From positions 1 through 64,000 of the forward strand of contig JABLTG010000101.1 of NCBI GenBank assembly GCA_016618085.1: 64,000 nucleotides of DNA, written 5' to 3'. The notes below the pieces were generated by a model. That model searched no databases. It saw nothing but the letters and a program-made list of their open reading frames with translations, and was not told where the DNA came from. The translations under genes and the position numbers were made by a program. Every line of letters begins with the position of its first letter. The first letter of the stretch is position 1. Below are positions 61,597 through 64,000 of this stretch, in pieces. This DNA is from Neovahlkampfia damariscottae (Eukaryota).

Positions 61597-63650
61597 ATGG
61601 ACCAACAAATTGAAAGCAAGTTTATCACTGGTGTATGTGAGTTTTTAGAATCAAAACCTGATAATAAACAGTACCAAATCGCTTTAAAAGCACTGAAAGA
61701 ATCCTCTTTCTTTGATGAGAACTTTCAAAAAATGAATCTTTATGAAAAATTCTATACTTCACAAACAACAAAAAGTACAATTGATCATTTTTTAGATTTT
61801 CCTTTGAATTTACAATTTGAAACTGTAATTTAGATACATTCTTTTAAAAAACAAGATCTATTCAATTTTTTTGAATTTTAAAGATAACGTCAAGTTAGAA
61901 GATCGGATTTATCGTTTGAAAACATTTAAAGATTGTATTTTTTTTTTTTTAATTTTAACTTTCCATTTTAGGTTTTATTGCTAAACAAGCAGTGGATGCA
62001 ATAGCCCTAATATTGTCTGTTAAAAACATCTTCTTCTCATCCAATTTAAGAGAAGACTCTGTTTTAATTCTTCAACTTTTCAACAAAATGGGTTACATTG
62101 AACATATTTCTGAGAAAGAAAGACCAATTAGTGATGCTTTACTTTTTTTCAAATTCAAACCAATCTCAAAAGATAAAAATGTGGCAAAACAAACATTTAA
62201 GCAAAAATTTGATGCATTTACAGTTGTTGAGAAACTTGATCTCACTAAAACAGAATTCAATTCTGATTATGTTTGCAAAGTGTTTTTGAAATTCCTTTCA
62301 CAAATTGAAGTTAAAAATAGAAAATATAAATTAAAGACATACTCAAATTGTAAAAAATTGAATTTTGAATTTATGTTTTTTTTAAGGTTGGATTGCTCAA
62401 GAAGGAGTTGAATGGGGTGTTTCAAATACTGGTTTCTCCAAAGAAGACATGACAACGTTTTTAGATTTTTTTAGAAGAATTGGTTTGATTGAGCATGTTG
62501 TTGATAAATCAAAGAGTTTTCAAGATGACTATTTATTCTTTCGTTTCCAAAGTACAGTTAAAGAAAATAGAAAGATTGTAAAATTAAAAGTTGAATCAGA
62601 AATTGAGTTAATGAACAGTGTAAAAAAAAAAAATTGATAAATGAATTCTTAGATGTTGAAATCAATGTTCCCAGAGAATTTATGTATACTAATAGGACTT
62701 TCAAGATCTGGAAAAACGACATTATCAAAACTTTTCAATTTACATTTTTTGAATGAAACTTTCAGTGAAAATGAATTATCACATATTTTCAATTCCATTT
62801 ATTTTGACATCAAAAAATTAATGGAAGAAAACAAACAACTTTCATTTTTAAAAAATAAATATGAAACTGCTTTTTTGAATTTTTCAGTAGATTATTATGA
62901 TGATGATTTGATGGATAATTTCAAAATATTGAAAAAAATTTGGGAAGAAGAAGAATTTCAAAAAGCATTTGAAAAAAGAAATGAAAGTGATTATAACTTC
63001 AATGATCATTTGAAATAGTTAGTTTCTTTTTCATTTTTCACAAAAATAGTTTGTTTGAAAATATTGATCGATTTCTCAGACATGAGAATAATTTTGACAA
63101 TTATTTGAGAACGTATCATAAGACATCTGGTATAATCACCAATTTAGTTGCTGATAATTTAAAAATTAATGATTGTGTTTATCAAAAAAACAAATGGAAA
63201 ATTTGTAATTTTTTTGTTTGGAGGAATTAATCCTTAGTTTATCCATCTTGTAATCACGCTATATTTGTTATTTCATCAGTTTTCTATTTAAAGAAAGATG
63301 ATCATACTTTTGAAAATGCAATGATGGAATCCATTGGTCAATTGAAAAATATGCTTGATGCATCAGAAAAATTTCATTTTCCTGTGTTTATCGTTTTGAC
63401 TAAAACTGATTCTTTCAAAAGTGAATTTGATTTAAAAAAGTTTGGGGAATATTTTCCTACCTTCTTGCAAAAATTCAGCACCAAAGAAAATCCTTCATCA
63501 CCTGATGTAGAAGCACTTGATTATTTACAAAACTTTTTCAAAACATTTGATGAAAGAATTCAAAAAGTCTATGCTTTAAATCTGATGATTATGGATGAAT
63601 TCAATGTCTTTGTTAAAGATTTAGAAAATGAAATGAAAATCTCAGGTTAG
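61597..63650 (+). CDS. DEP-DEP-G-alpha-like fusion protein (multi-exon)
   Basis: Two DEP units (DRIYRLKTFKDCF..YIEHI; NRKYKLKTYSNCW..LIEHV..FFRF), then GLSRSGKTT, KKIWEE, KTSGI, LTKTD. Confidence 0.78.
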
Positions 63651-63700
63651 GTTTCCTTAACAAGATGGAAGATCATTTGAAAGTGTCATTGAAGTTTTAT

Positions 63701-64000
63701 TTAAATCTTTGAAAGACCAAGTCCTTGAGCAACTCTTGTACCAAATGCTTTATCAACTTTCATAAATATTCCAACTTGTCTTGCTTGAATTTCTTTTTTT
63801 GCATTTTTCAAATGTCCAACAATATTTTCAACTAAAAATGTTTTTTCTTGATCATTCAAAACATTCACCCAAAAAGCAGCTGGTTGTTCAAAGTTATTAT
63901 TTGGATGAACATAAGGAGATCTAATAATTTGTCCATAAACATTCATTGGTGTTTCTTTTGCATCAGGTACTTCAATTGGTCCATTTAAACTATTTGGTTC
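63701..64000 (-). CDS. Catalase, C-terminal part
   Basis: EPNSLNGP...NFEQPAAFW..LVENIVGHL...VDKAFGTRVAQGL, ending in PTS1-like SKI. Confidence 0.9.
   Translation of the reverse strand, partial: EPNSLNGPIEVPDAKETPMNVYGQIIRSPYVHPNNNFEQPAAFWVNVLNDQEKTFLVENIVGHLKNAKKEIQARQVGIFMKVDKAFGTRVAQGLGLSKI

Overview
Very AT-rich, extremely compact eukaryotic nuclear DNA with about 40 genes, intergenic gaps often under 100 bp, and GT-AG introns of mostly 27-45 nt. The gene repertoire (EGF-7TM-RGS, DUF4116 repeats, NAF-domain CIPK, Fanzor2-like remnant) suggests a heterolobosean or Naegleria-like amoeba; this is inference only. Housekeeping genes include MCTS1, GBF1, XPO6, NOP56, NOP53, ALKBH8, RMC1, catalase and an intron-containing tRNA-Gly. 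All family assignments come from motifs read by eye, not from database searches. The two most notable observations: (1) a FAM172A/Arb2 gene whose frame, using canonical GT-AG sites, needs two separate one-nucleotide exons; (2) a spliced gene fusing a T4 Rnl1-type RNA ligase to the DENR zinc-binding (MCTS1-docking) domain, a candidate ribosome-linked RNA repair factor. Also present: a truncated Fanzor/TnpB with a structured 3' end, a pseudokinase-NACHT-HEAT protein, a DEP-DEP-G-alpha fusion, a catalytically dead RsuA-type pseudouridine synthase, a decayed bacterial-type AAA/PD-(D/E)XK gene, and a CCAAT motif very close to many start codons.
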